NCBI GenBank assembly: GCA_902800325.1
Contig: CADCDW010000003.1
Location: 13,452 to 77,451, forward strand
Direction: 5' to 3'
From: an uncultured Lachnospiraceae bacterium
Lineage (GTDB): Bacteria > Bacillota > Clostridia > Lachnospirales > Lachnospiraceae
DNA length: 64,000 nucleotides
Below, piece after piece: positions 40,966-50,575 of the stretch; positions within the stretch are counted from its first letter, which is position 1, and each line of letters begins with the position of its first letter. A model generated the notes under the pieces. That model made no database searches, was not told where the DNA came from, and was given only the letters and a program-made list of their open reading frames with translations. A program made the translations under genes and the position numbers.

Positions 40966-41292
40966 TTATAACTGCATATTCATAAGTTCCTTGTATGCAG
41001 ATACAACAGCATTTGTAACACGTACAGTATACTGCAACGAAATGTTAGCCTTACGCTGTGCCAAAGCCAAATCATGTACACTGTCCGTATATCCGAGAGC
41101 AAAACTCATCTCCTCTGCCTCTGCAGCTTTTTGATAAGCATCTGTCTCTTTGTACATATCAACAGCAGCCGAAAGAATGCTGTCAAACGAAGTTTTTGTA
41201 CTGTCAGATGAAACCTTGTGTCCATCATATATACTGTTTACATTAAAATCATTTCCATATAATTCAACCGGTGTTATCGCCATATGTATCAA
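40966..41292 (-). CDS. fliE: Hook-basal body protein FliE
   Basis: C-terminal LQYTVRVTNAVVSAYKELMNMQL; the start may be the downstream Met at 41283. Confidence 0.9.
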   Translation of the reverse strand: MIHMAITPVELYGNDFNVNSIYDGHKVSSDSTKTSFDSILSAAVDMYKETDAYQKAAEAEEMSFALGYTDSVHDLALAQRKANISLQYTVRVTNAVVSAYKELMNMQL

Positions 41293-41347
41293 CTCCTCAT
41301 ATATTTTTTATCCGATAAACAATTAAACCACCAATGCATCCCTGTCA

Positions 41348-41785
41348 TCAACCGAAAAGCTCCATACCCTTTTCAGCTATAGTCTTGGCGGCATTAAACG
41401 AAGTGATATTGGCTTCGTAAGCCCTGCTCGCATCTATAAGGTTGGTCATTTCAGTTACGGTATCGACATTTGGATACTCCACATAACCATCTTCATTGGC
41501 ATCAGGATTATCAGGTTCATATACAAGCCTTAAATCCGACGGATCCTCAACTATATGAGTTACCTTAACACCATTCGGCTGATAATTTGTCATATATCCA
41601 TTTAAAATATTATCAAAAGATGTTGTTGCTTTTTCTTCAAAATATACAGTCTTTCTCCTGTACGCTGTACCATCCTCAGTTCTTGTGGTACTTGCATTGG
41701 CGATATTTTGAGAAATAACATCCATTCTAAGCTGCTCAGCAGTCATACCTGTTGCAGCAACATTCATTGATGAAAAAACACTCAT
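41348..41785 (-). CDS. flgC: Basal-body rod protein FlgC
   Basis: TGMTAEQLRMDVISQNIANASTTR, GYVEYPNVD, SRAYEAN. Confidence 0.97.
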   Translation of the reverse strand: MSVFSSMNVAATGMTAEQLRMDVISQNIANASTTRTEDGTAYRRKTVYFEEKATTSFDNILNGYMTNYQPNGVKVTHIVEDPSDLRLVYEPDNPDANEDGYVEYPNVDTVTEMTNLIDASRAYEANITSFNAAKTIAEKGMELFG

Positions 41786-41797
41786 TTATTATACCTC

Positions 41798-42199
41798 CTA
41801 TGATGATGACGAAGAAAGCACTGTCTGATATCTTGAAAACTCCTGATTCATCTGGTCAATCAAAAGCTGATATCTTATGGTATTTTCAGCAAGATACGCT
41901 TCCTCGGTACTTATATCAACGTTGTTACCGTCAAGCCTGTATGACAGATTAGAATTATCGGTAAATACCTGCGGATCTAATACGGATAAATCCTTGTTGG
42001 CCATGTTGACACTCTGGTTTAGAGTTCTTCCACCTGCAAGTTCAGCCTGAAGAACAGTTTCAAAATCCAGATCCTTTCTCTTATAATTAGGTGTATCGAC
42101 ATTGGCAATATTATTGGAAATTAATTCATTTCTCATATTGGCCGCATCTGCCGCCTTATCAAGAATATTAATATAATTGTAGATGTCCGTATTAATCAT
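41798..42199 (-). CDS. flgB: Basal-body rod protein FlgB
   Basis: ISNNIANVDTPNYKRKD, RLDGNNVDI. Confidence 0.97.
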   Translation of the reverse strand: MINTDIYNYINILDKAADAANMRNELISNNIANVDTPNYKRKDLDFETVLQAELAGGRTLNQSVNMANKDLSVLDPQVFTDNSNLSYRLDGNNVDISTEEAYLAENTIRYQLLIDQMNQEFSRYQTVLSSSSS

Positions 42200-42272
42200 T
42201 TTTTTACCTTTCTCTTATCATAGGATAAGTCACAAAAACAACCATTTATGCCAAAAGAAACCAAATAATGTA

Positions 42273-42309
42273 CAAAAAGGATTTATGAGAACACTCACAA
42301 ATCCTTTTG
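42273..42309 (-). terminator. Strong terminator hairpin in the flgB leader
   Basis: Minus strand AAAAGGATTTGTGAG-TGTT-CTCATAAATCCTTTT-TG: 15-bp stem with one G-U pair, ending in a U-run. Confidence 0.75.
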
Positions 42310-42385
42310 TTATATATACTCCGAAAGTCCGTTTCCGCAGCATGTATCAATGAAAAATATTGTATTTTGTGCCCATTCACACTAT

Positions 42386-42414
42386 ATACTACCATATAAT
42401 GTGTTTTTCATCAA
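42386..42414 (-). promoter_or_regulatory. Candidate sigma-A promoter of the flagellar operon
   Basis: TTGATG-17 bp-TAGTAT with extended -10 TG, just downstream of the topA stop. Confidence 0.5.
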
Positions 42415-42428
42415 CAAAAAATATCAAT

Positions 42429-44402
42429 TTATGATGAAATATTTTCTGTCTGAGGCTTAGACCATGACATATAGTCACATTCAGGGTTGTTGACACATCC
42501 GTAATATCTTCTGCCCTTTCTCGTTTTCTTAATAACTATATCGGCATTACACTTAGGACATTTAACACCTGTTTTTTCAAAATACGGCTTTGTATTTTTA
42601 CAATCAGGAAAGCCCGGACATGCTAAAAACTTTCCATGAGAACCATATTTTACAACCATCATCCTTCCACAAAGATCGCATTGTGTATCAGAAACTTCAT
42701 CTTCTATTTTGATATGTTCAAGTTCTTTTTGAGCATTGTCAACCGATTCTTTTAAATCCGGATAGAAGTTTCTTACAACCACCTTCCATCCTATATTGCC
42801 GGTTTCTATATCATCAAGAAGCGATTCAATATTGGCAGTAAAATTGGTATCCACTATCTCAGGAAAGGCAATAATCATAATCTCATTTACAGCTTCTCCG
42901 AGTTCTGTCATATATAGATTCTTATTTTCTTTTACTATATACCTTCTATTGAGGAGTGTTGAGATTGTAGGCGCATAGGTGGATGGTCTTCCTATTCCGA
43001 GTTCCTCCATGGTTCTGACCAAAAGACTTTCCGTATAATGAGCCGGTGCTTGAGTAAAATGCTGCTTTTCTTCAAGAGTTTCAACCAAAAGTTTATCTTT
43101 TTCCTTTATATTGCTAAGCTTTGTATTATCTTTTTCATCATCTTCCGGCTTATATACAGCTAAAAATCCTTCAAATTTAACCTTTGTTGAAGAAGCTTTA
43201 AATTTATAATCACCTTTTTCAGTATCAGCCTTTAATGTAACGGTATTTGTTTCATATATCGCATCACTCATACGACTTGCCAAAAATCTGTTATATATAA
43301 GCTGATAGAGCCTGAATTGTTCTCTCGAAAGCTGATCCTTTAAAATCACAGGTGTAAGGGTAATATCTGTCGGTCTTATAGCCTCATGCGCATCCTGAAT
43401 CTTTTTTTCCGTTTTAGGAGCTTTAACGCTTCCCACATAGTTTTTTCCAAACTTTTCTTCGATATAATTCTTAGCTGCACTGTCTGCCTCATCGGATATT
43501 CTGGTGGAATCTGTTCTAAGATAAGTAATAAGACCTATGGTTCCTCTACCCTTTACATCCACACCTTCATATAACTGTTGAGCTATTCTCATAGTCTTAC
43601 TGGTAGAAAAATTAAGTTTTGTTCCTGCATCCTGCTGTAATGTACTTGTCGTAAACGGAAGTGGTGATTTTTTTGTTTTCTCACTCTTTTTTATACTTTC
43701 AACAAACATTTTTTTACCATCAACCGCAGTTTTTACCTTATCAAGTTCATCTTTTGCCATTTTATCATCTATATAGTGAAATTCAACCGGCTTAAGATTT
43801 TTCCCTACATTTACATAAGCATTTAAACTCCAGTATTCCTTTGGTATAAATGCATTAATTTCATTTTCCCTGTCACATACAAGCTTCAACGCAGCTGACT
43901 GCACTCTTCCGGCACTTAGGCCTCTTTTTATCTTTTCCCAAAGTAACGGACTTATGGAATAGCCAACCATACGATCAAGAACTCTTCTTGCCTGCTGTGC
44001 ATCAACGAGATCCATGTCTATATCTCTTGCATGCTTTATGGAATCCTTAACAGCCGTCTTGGTAATTTCATTAAATGTTATTCTCTTATATTTCTTTTTA
44101 TCAAGTTTTAATGCAATTGACAAGTGGTAAGATATGGCTTCTCCTTCACGGTCCGGGTCAGTTGCAAGATAAACTTTATCTGCTTTTTTAACTTCTTTTC
44201 TTAATTCCGAAAGCAAATCACCTTTTCCTCTTATGGTAATATACTTAGGCTCATAGTCATTTTCAAAATCTATACCCATCTGACTTTTAGGTAAATCTCT
44301 GACATGTCCGTTAGAAGCTATTACTTCGTAATTTGTTCCCAGGAATTTTTTGATAGTCTTCGCCTTGGCAGGTGACTCAACGATAACGAGATTTTTAGCC
44401 AT
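42429..44402 (-). CDS. topA: DNA topoisomerase I
   Basis: LVIVESPAKAKTI, ATDPDREGEAIS, SAGRVQS, LITYLRTDS (catalytic Tyr), C-terminal C4 zinc ribbons. Confidence 0.99.
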   Translation of the reverse strand: MAKNLVIVESPAKAKTIKKFLGTNYEVIASNGHVRDLPKSQMGIDFENDYEPKYITIRGKGDLLSELRKEVKKADKVYLATDPDREGEAISYHLSIALKLDKKKYKRITFNEITKTAVKDSIKHARDIDMDLVDAQQARRVLDRMVGYSISPLLWEKIKRGLSAGRVQSAALKLVCDRENEINAFIPKEYWSLNAYVNVGKNLKPVEFHYIDDKMAKDELDKVKTAVDGKKMFVESIKKSEKTKKSPLPFTTSTLQQDAGTKLNFSTSKTMRIAQQLYEGVDVKGRGTIGLITYLRTDSTRISDEADSAAKNYIEEKFGKNYVGSVKAPKTEKKIQDAHEAIRPTDITLTPVILKDQLSREQFRLYQLIYNRFLASRMSDAIYETNTVTLKADTEKGDYKFKASSTKVKFEGFLAVYKPEDDEKDNTKLSNIKEKDKLLVETLEEKQHFTQAPAHYTESLLVRTMEELGIGRPSTYAPTISTLLNRRYIVKENKNLYMTELGEAVNEIMIIAFPEIVDTNFTANIESLLDDIETGNIGWKVVVRNFYPDLKESVDNAQKELEHIKIEDEVSDTQCDLCGRMMVVKYGSHGKFLACPGFPDCKNTKPYFEKTGVKCPKCNADIVIKKTRKGRRYYGCVNNPECDYMSWSKPQTENISS

Positions 44403-44420
44403 AGTTTTTGCTCCTTATTT

Positions 44421-45566
44421 TTAAACTGAAATAATATAATACCCCTTAAGAGTCTGTTTTATCAGACCCTTTTCCTCCATATTATACAACAAACTTATAG
44501 TGTCACTGACACCAATCTTTAGTTTGTCAATTATATCATCAATATAAGTAGGTTCTAAACTCAGACAACTATACAACATTTTTTCGGCAGGTGCAAGAGA
44601 ATTTTTATTCAGTGACTTTAAATCATTGTTGTTTTCTACAGTTTTATCGCCTTCATCCAAAGTTTTATTTTCTGATTGAATTCCGTTCAAATCCTCAAAA
44701 ATATCATCCGGAGATACAACACACATTGCACCCTGACGTATGAGATTATTGGTTCCTTCACTATTTTTTTCAGTAATCCTTCCAGGTATAGCATACACCT
44801 GTTTGCCTTGTTCCAAAGCCAGATCTGCAGTTATAAGTGAACCACTCTTTTTTCTGGCTTCTACAACCAAAATGCCATCGGACAGTCCGCTTATTATACG
44901 ATTTCTAACAGGGAACAAGCCGGGACTCGGGTCAATTCCCGGTCCATACTCCGATATAATCGCACCATTTTGTGACATTTTATAATATATATCATAGTTT
45001 TCTCTTGGATATATAACATCTATACCGCAACCTAAAACCCCTACTGTGTATCCGCCTGCATCCAAAGCTCCCATATGGGACATTCCATCTATACCAAGTG
45101 CAAGTCCACTTATAATATTTATCCCTTTTTTTGCAAGCTCCCGCCCAAACATTCGTGCCAGTTCCTTTCCATACACACTGGCATTTCTGGCTCCAACTAT
45201 GCCTACATTCATATTATATATATTTAGTTTTTTCTTCAATATACCTTTTACATATAAAATATCAGGCGGATCAAACATATTAAGCAGTTTAACAGGATAA
45301 TCCTCCGAACCCGGATAAGTTATACTTATATTTTTATCTATAAGCTTATCCGCTAATTCCATTGCAAAGCTCATATTGTGTACATCAACAATCCGCCTTG
45401 CTTTATTCGTACCCAAAACTCCCTCAAGCATACCTAAAGAAGCCGAATGAACATTCTCAATACTGCCAAATTCCAAAATAAGTTTTTTTCTGCATACTGC
45501 ACCTATTCCTTCAATATTATTAAACCATAAATTAAGCAAATCCTTTTCTTTTTTATAAGTATTCAT
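44421..45566 (-). CDS. dprA: DNA-processing protein DprA
   Basis: IVGARNASVYG, ISGLALGIDG, FPVRNRIISGLS, SGSLITA, C-terminal winged helix. Confidence 0.97.
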   Translation of the reverse strand: MNTYKKEKDLLNLWFNNIEGIGAVCRKKLILEFGSIENVHSASLGMLEGVLGTNKARRIVDVHNMSFAMELADKLIDKNISITYPGSEDYPVKLLNMFDPPDILYVKGILKKKLNIYNMNVGIVGARNASVYGKELARMFGRELAKKGINIISGLALGIDGMSHMGALDAGGYTVGVLGCGIDVIYPRENYDIYYKMSQNGAIISEYGPGIDPSPGLFPVRNRIISGLSDGILVVEARKKSGSLITADLALEQGKQVYAIPGRITEKNSEGTNNLIRQGAMCVVSPDDIFEDLNGIQSENKTLDEGDKTVENNNDLKSLNKNSLAPAEKMLYSCLSLEPTYIDDIIDKLKIGVSDTISLLYNMEEKGLIKQTLKGYYIISV

Positions 45567-45593
45567 ATAGTCTTCCCCTTTTTATCATATTTT

Positions 45594-47123
45594 TTATTTA
45601 ACAGTTACACCCACATGATTATGATAAAACAGCGCTTCTTTAAGATGTTTAACATCTATCTTATCCTCTTTTTCCATATCAGCTATCGTTCGGGAAAGTC
45701 TGAGTATTCTATTAATTCCCCTTGCAGATATATCCTTGTTGGCTATACTGTTTTTCAGATAATTCTCCACATCATTATCTAAAATTATGTATTTCTTTAA
45801 AAGCTTTCCATCAAGCTCTGAGTTTAAGCAGATTTTTTCATCCTTATACCTTTTTCTTTGTATTTGCCTTGTTTCCACAACTCTCTGTCTTATACATCCT
45901 GAACTTTCTTCTTCCTTATCAGAAAAAATATCATCAAACTGTACCGGCTTAACCTCCATATTTATATCAATTCTATCAAGTAATGGTCCACTTATCTTCT
46001 GCTGATATTTTCTAATCTGGAAAGGCGTGCAGGTGCATTTATTAAGATTAGGATAGTTACCGCAAGGACATGGATTCATGGCAGCAACAAGCATAAAATC
46101 GGCAGGAAATGAGAAAGACGCCTGAACTCTTGATACAATAATTTTTTTATCTTCAAGCGGTTGGCGCAATACTTCAAGGACATTTTTGTTAAATTCCGGA
46201 AGTTCATCCAAAAACAGTATTCCATTATGGGACAATGTAACCTCTCCGGGTTTCGGTATAGCACCACCGCCTATAAGCGCATGATTGGATATCGTATGAT
46301 GAGGCGCTCTAAACGGCCTTTCTCTGATAAGTCTGCTCTTTTTATCAAGAAGTCCGCTTATACTGTATATTTTAGTTACCTCTACACTTTCTTCAAACGT
46401 CAATCCCGGCATTATAGTTGGAAGTCTCTTTGCAAGCATCGACTTTCCTGCCCCGGCAGCACCTGTCATAAGTACATTGTGAAAGCCTGACACTGCTATC
46501 TCAAGCCCTCTTTTTAATACAGGCTGTCCTTTTATGTCTGAGAAATCACATTTATACTCCGGCAGCATATCAAAAACATCTTCATCAGATCTTTGATACG
46601 GCTTAATATCAATATCTCCCCTGATATAGTCAATAGTCTCTGTAAGTGATGTAACTCCTATAACCTTCATGTCGCTTATAAGCCCGGCTTCTGCTACATT
46701 TTCCTTAGGAATTATGCATGATGTAATACCATATTCATAAGCATGATAAATCATTGGAAGCACGCCATTTACTGCCATTACACTTCCGTCAAGACTAAGT
46801 TCGCCTATGATTATCGTTTTTTCCGGATCTATCTTAGGGATTATACCCATTGAAAGAACAATAGATATGGCTATAGGCAGGTCAAAGCCCGAACCGTATT
46901 TTCTAATATCCGCTGGGGATAAATTGATAGTTATGCGCTTAGGTGGCAGATAATAGCCCGAATTTTTAAGCGCAGTTCTGACCCTTTCGCCGGCTTCCTT
47001 AACTGATGAGGATAGATAACCAACGAGATTAAGCATAGGCAGACCATCATTGATATCTGCCTCAACGCCAATCAAAGCACCGTCTATACCAACCACGGTG
47101 CCTCCTGTTACTTTACTAAACAT
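45594..47123 (-). CDS. comM: YifB/ComM Mg-chelatase-like AAA+ ATPase
   Basis: ITINLSPADIRKYGSGFDLPIA, GAAGAGKSMLAKRL, FLDELPEF, LVAAMNPCPCG, ISGPLLDRID. Confidence 0.95.
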   Translation of the reverse strand: MFSKVTGGTVVGIDGALIGVEADINDGLPMLNLVGYLSSSVKEAGERVRTALKNSGYYLPPKRITINLSPADIRKYGSGFDLPIAISIVLSMGIIPKIDPEKTIIIGELSLDGSVMAVNGVLPMIYHAYEYGITSCIIPKENVAEAGLISDMKVIGVTSLTETIDYIRGDIDIKPYQRSDEDVFDMLPEYKCDFSDIKGQPVLKRGLEIAVSGFHNVLMTGAAGAGKSMLAKRLPTIMPGLTFEESVEVTKIYSISGLLDKKSRLIRERPFRAPHHTISNHALIGGGAIPKPGEVTLSHNGILFLDELPEFNKNVLEVLRQPLEDKKIIVSRVQASFSFPADFMLVAAMNPCPCGNYPNLNKCTCTPFQIRKYQQKISGPLLDRIDINMEVKPVQFDDIFSDKEEESSGCIRQRVVETRQIQRKRYKDEKICLNSELDGKLLKKYIILDNDVENYLKNSIANKDISARGINRILRLSRTIADMEKEDKIDVKHLKEALFYHNHVGVTVK

Positions 47124-47192
47124 ATTATATTTCTCCTATTCCACCTCTCCGGAGCAGATCAGGATATATAATAATACTATTATATACATTTT

Positions 47193-47792
47193 TTATCTAT
47201 GTTTTTTAATTTTATTTTTAACTTTCTTTTTTACACTGAATCCAAATTTACCTATATTTTCTCCAAGTGTATAATACTGTCCATGTGAATAAGCGACAAG
47301 GTTTGCTTTTTCCAGATTAAATCTTCCGCTTTCGTCCATATATGAATCATCAACATCCACAGCCAAAACCTCTGCAAGAAACATATCATGAGAGCCAAGA
47401 GAAATAACCTGCTTAACAACACATTCAATATTTACAGGGCTTTCTTCAATAATCGGCGCATTTACCTTGACCGCCTTGCCCCTTGTAAGTCTCATTTCTT
47501 TAAATTTATCAACATCTCTTCCTGATTTCACACCACAGTAATCCATAGCTCGTGCAAGCTTTTTTGTAACAAGATTAATCACAAATTCTCTATGCTTCAT
47601 AAGCAGTTCATGAGAATATCTCGACTTTCTTACAGATATGGAAACCATAGCAGGATTGGAATTCACTGTACCGGTCCAGGCAATCGTAATAATATTGTTG
47701 ACTTCCTCATCTCCAACCGTTACCATAATAGCAGGCACGGGATATAGCATATTACCGGGTTTCCAAACTTCACGCGACATCTTATCCTCCAT
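47193..47792 (-). CDS. Flavin reductase-family (DIM6/NTAB-like) protein
   Basis: LYPVPAIMVT, NIITIAWTG, EFVINL, DYCGVKSGRDVDKF, GSHDMFLAEV. Confidence 0.9.
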   Translation of the reverse strand: MEDKMSREVWKPGNMLYPVPAIMVTVGDEEVNNIITIAWTGTVNSNPAMVSISVRKSRYSHELLMKHREFVINLVTKKLARAMDYCGVKSGRDVDKFKEMRLTRGKAVKVNAPIIEESPVNIECVVKQVISLGSHDMFLAEVLAVDVDDSYMDESGRFNLEKANLVAYSHGQYYTLGENIGKFGFSVKKKVKNKIKKHR

Positions 47793-47800
47793 AAGAATAC

Positions 47801-48478
47801 TTAATCAAGCATATTTCTGATTTCCTGCATCTTGTAATCCATAGCAGTAACCATATCCGCACACTTTTTAAGCTCCTGGGCAATAATCTCAGGATGCTTT
47901 AAATTGTCTTTTTTATACTTAAGTTTATGATCAAGACTTGCCCAAAAATCCATTGCAATGGTTCTGAATTGAACCTCAACTTTCATATATTTTTTCTGAT
48001 TTGATAGAAATATCGGAACTTCAACTATAAGGTGAAGGCTTCTGTAACCATTTGGCTTTGGATTTCTTATGTAATCCTTAACCTGAACTACATTTATATC
48101 ATCCTGCTTTGACAAAAGTTCCGAAACTGTATAAATATCCTCAGGAAACGAACATATAACTCTTACGCCTGCTATATCGGTAAGATTATTCTCAATATTT
48201 TCTATAGTTATATCGAGATTTTTCTTTTTCATTTTTTCTATAATACTAATCGGTTTTTTTATTCTGCATTTAATGGATTCAAAAGGATTTCTGTTATGTT
48301 GCAAAGCAAATTCCGAATTTAATACTTTCAGTTTTGTCTCAATCTCCATCAACGCACACTCATAGTACATCATAAGTATAATAAATGGCTGCATGTCTTT
48401 TAAGATAGCCTCCGGATTATCCGAATTCATCAAAAGCTCCATACTCATTTCATCTGTAGCCATACTCATTGTAACCAC
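47801..48478 (-). CDS. Small alarmone ((p)ppGpp) synthetase, RelQ/YjbM-like
   Basis: RIKKPISI, DIAGVRVIC, NGYRSLHL, EVQFRTIAMDFWASLDHKLKYK; synthetase domain only. Confidence 0.92.
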   Translation of the reverse strand: MVTMSMATDEMSMELLMNSDNPEAILKDMQPFIILMMYYECALMEIETKLKVLNSEFALQHNRNPFESIKCRIKKPISIIEKMKKKNLDITIENIENNLTDIAGVRVICSFPEDIYTVSELLSKQDDINVVQVKDYIRNPKPNGYRSLHLIVEVPIFLSNQKKYMKVEVQFRTIAMDFWASLDHKLKYKKDNLKHPEIIAQELKKCADMVTAMDYKMQEIRNMLD

Positions 48479-48510
48479 CTCACGTCCATACTTTTAAATA
48501 CATATGTAAA

Positions 48511-48654
48511 TCATTCTCTGCACCTGCACAGCAAAATATATGCGCAAAGTAAAAGTACAAGCACAATAACAAACTCACAAAAACCACTTATAAAATAAGA
48601 TATCAAAATACCTATCGCCATAAACAGCATGGCATATCCAATCAAAGCACGCAT
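48511..48654 (-). CDS. Small hydrophobic membrane peptide (47 aa), not in the ORF track
   Basis: Hand translation: MRALIGYAMLFMAIGILISYFISGFCEFVIVLVLLLCAYILLCRCRE*. GAAGAG lies 6 nt upstream of the ATG; the ORF fills the gap before the alarmone synthetase gene. Confidence 0.65.
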   Translation of the reverse strand: MRALIGYAMLFMAIGILISYFISGFCEFVIVLVLLLCAYILLCRCRE

Positions 48655-48692
48655 CGGCATCTCTTCACATAAAACACTTATATAATTATATG

Positions 48693-48766
48693 CCGTATTA
48701 ATAAAATAAAGAATAACATTATATCAATTCCGTATTAATAAAATATAGAATAAAATTATATCAATT
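48693..48766. repeat. 37-bp tandem duplication (35/37 identical) covering the stop of the GerW-like gene
   Basis: CCGTATTAATAAAATA(A/T)AGAATAA(C/A)ATTATATCAATT at 48693-48729 and 48730-48766. Confidence 0.85.
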
Positions 48767-49166
48767 CCTCATTACCAAGATTATCAACCGCTTCAGCAAC
48801 CGCCGCCTCTTCTTCAGGACTCTTTTTCTTTATAAGGTTTGATACTCTGTCAATTACCTCAGGTACAGAATCAAATATTTTACCTACTGTACTTTCGCTC
48901 TTTGCGGTAACAATCTTTGCATATCCGTTTTGAATTACCAAAACCGCAGAAGGTGACATCTTTCCACCCATACCTCCTGCTGCCGAATTGCTGCCTTTTT
49001 CTTTTTTGGCAAAGGCTCCTGCAGCAACACCAAAATTAACATCCACCAGCGGAAGAATGATTGTATCGCCTATCTTTGTCGGTTCACCGACAACAGTCTT
49101 TGTTGAAAGAAAAGAATCCATACCATTAAATAATGAAGCAACTGTCTGATTAAAATTATTATCCAT
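48756..49166 (-). CDS. GerW/YtfJ family sporulation protein
   Basis: KTVVGEPTKIGDTIILPLVDVNFGVAAG...GGMGGKMSPSAVLVI. Confidence 0.85.
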   Translation of the reverse strand: MDNNFNQTVASLFNGMDSFLSTKTVVGEPTKIGDTIILPLVDVNFGVAAGAFAKKEKGSNSAAGGMGGKMSPSAVLVIQNGYAKIVTAKSESTVGKIFDSVPEVIDRVSNLIKKKSPEEEAAVAEAVDNLGNEELI

Positions 49167-49191
49167 TTTTTAATTATCCTCCTGAAAAACT

Positions 49192-50241
49192 CTATATTTT
49201 TCTCGCCATTTTAATTGTTTGCCATATATATCTTTTAAGAACTATCCTTGCTAAATATCCAAGTATAATTCTTCCTTTTAAAGTAATATTTCCTTCGACA
49301 ACCCTTTCACGAAAATCAGGTTCTAAAGAAAAACCTTTCTGATACACGAACGGAAGTAAACTAAGATATCCGGTTACCTGACCTGTAGTACAAGGTTCAT
49401 CGAAGCCATATCTTATATGCCCTTTAACCTTTTTAGGTGCTATATGTTTTAATATACTTATAAGATACTTGCCTAAGTACTCTCTGGTTCTTACCGTACA
49501 TTTCATGTTCCAAAATCTTTGGAACCGACTGATTTTTTTATCAATTTCCTCTTTTTTTTCACTTATCTGATTAACCTTTTTTTCAAGTTTTTGATAAAGT
49601 GTCTCCTTTATCTCGTCCTCAGATTTTCCGTCCAAATCTTCAACTGTCTTTTTAGATTTTTTGAACAGTTTCTTAATTCTTCCAAAAAGCTTTTTATCTT
49701 CCCCATCAAGAGTATCCTCATCATTCCATAGGTCATACTCCGTTAAGTCTTCTTCATCTTCTAATGCATCAGAAACTGTATCTTTATCCAAAACATCACC
49801 TGAATCAAAGGTTTTTGCCGATTCCACACTATCACTTAATTCTTTTTTTTCTGAGCCATCCTCAACATCCGGCATACTATTTTCATCCGAAGAATCAGTC
49901 TCAGAAAACATATGGTTTTCGCTATTATTCTTTTTTTCTTTTTTTGATTTTTTTTCCTTTTTACCTTTCCCGTCTTTATCTCCAAGCTTAAACTTAATTC
50001 CGACTATCCTAAGGAAGGTATCAAGTTTTTTGTCATTTTTCTGAAAAATAATATTGATGCTAACAATCAAAAACCTGACTTTCGCCGTTACCGCTACGTC
50101 ATCGTCGATATCTGCAGCAAGCTTATATCTTACAGGAGCAAATAAAACCAGCAGCGTCACCAGCAATACAAGTCCAAGTATTATTGCAAGAATTATCAGT
50201 ATTATTTTTAGAATAATCCATAATACATGAAGCATAATCAA
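49192..50241 (-). CDS. DUF2953 (YtfI-like) membrane protein
   Basis: N-terminal TM with LLFAPVRY-like motif, acidic middle, C-terminal YGFDEPCTTGQVTG...LEPDF; adjacent to the ytfJ-like gene. Confidence 0.78.
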   Translation of the reverse strand: MIMLHVLWIILKIILIILAIILGLVLLVTLLVLFAPVRYKLAADIDDDVAVTAKVRFLIVSINIIFQKNDKKLDTFLRIVGIKFKLGDKDGKGKKEKKSKKEKKNNSENHMFSETDSSDENSMPDVEDGSEKKELSDSVESAKTFDSGDVLDKDTVSDALEDEEDLTEYDLWNDEDTLDGEDKKLFGRIKKLFKKSKKTVEDLDGKSEDEIKETLYQKLEKKVNQISEKKEEIDKKISRFQRFWNMKCTVRTREYLGKYLISILKHIAPKKVKGHIRYGFDEPCTTGQVTGYLSLLPFVYQKGFSLEPDFRERVVEGNITLKGRIILGYLARIVLKRYIWQTIKMARKI

Positions 50242-50244
50242 TCC

Positions 50245-50559
50245 CTATATTCCAAAAAATTTCTTTACATCGAAGCCTGCATCCGCATCATACATATCCT
50301 GAACAATATCACGCACAACTTCGTTAGCATCGGATTTGCTTTTAGCTATACCCAATACAATTATTTCTTCACTTGCCTTCTTATAAAATTTCTGAAACAG
50401 ATGCTTGTACTCATATATATCCATAATTCCATCTGTTATGAGAGGAAGGGTTACAACATAAACCTTATCAACCTTACGCTTATGTCTTATTTTTTTTACT
50501 ATTTTATCTTTTTTTCTTCCACTGAAACCTTGTACATAAGGTATATCAACTACCTTCAT
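50245..50559 (-). CDS. Hypothetical protein
   Basis: 104-aa ORF with RBS AGGGTGG, tightly packed in the operon. Confidence 0.7.
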   Translation of the reverse strand: MKVVDIPYVQGFSGRKKDKIVKKIRHKRKVDKVYVVTLPLITDGIMDIYEYKHLFQKFYKKASEEIIVLGIAKSKSDANEVVRDIVQDMYDADAGFDVKKFFGI

Positions 50560-50575
50560 AAAACCACCCTTGGTC

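Noticed and set aside
42238-42256. Sigma-54-like TGGCATAAATGGTTGT downstream of the flgB leader hairpin
   Set aside because: Spacing is one base off and -12 is GT rather than GC.
42310-42400. Canonical c-di-GMP-I or -II riboswitch upstream of flgB
   Set aside because: Only TGGGCAC is present; the class II GUGCAACC and class I GGCAAAC...GACGCAAAGC elements are missing. Kept only as an attenuator candidate.
9375-47274. Numerous plus-strand ORFs of 60-217 aa inside the flagellar, topA, dprA and comM genes
   Set aside because: Fully antisense to well-supported genes, with no motifs or RBS; expected shadows.
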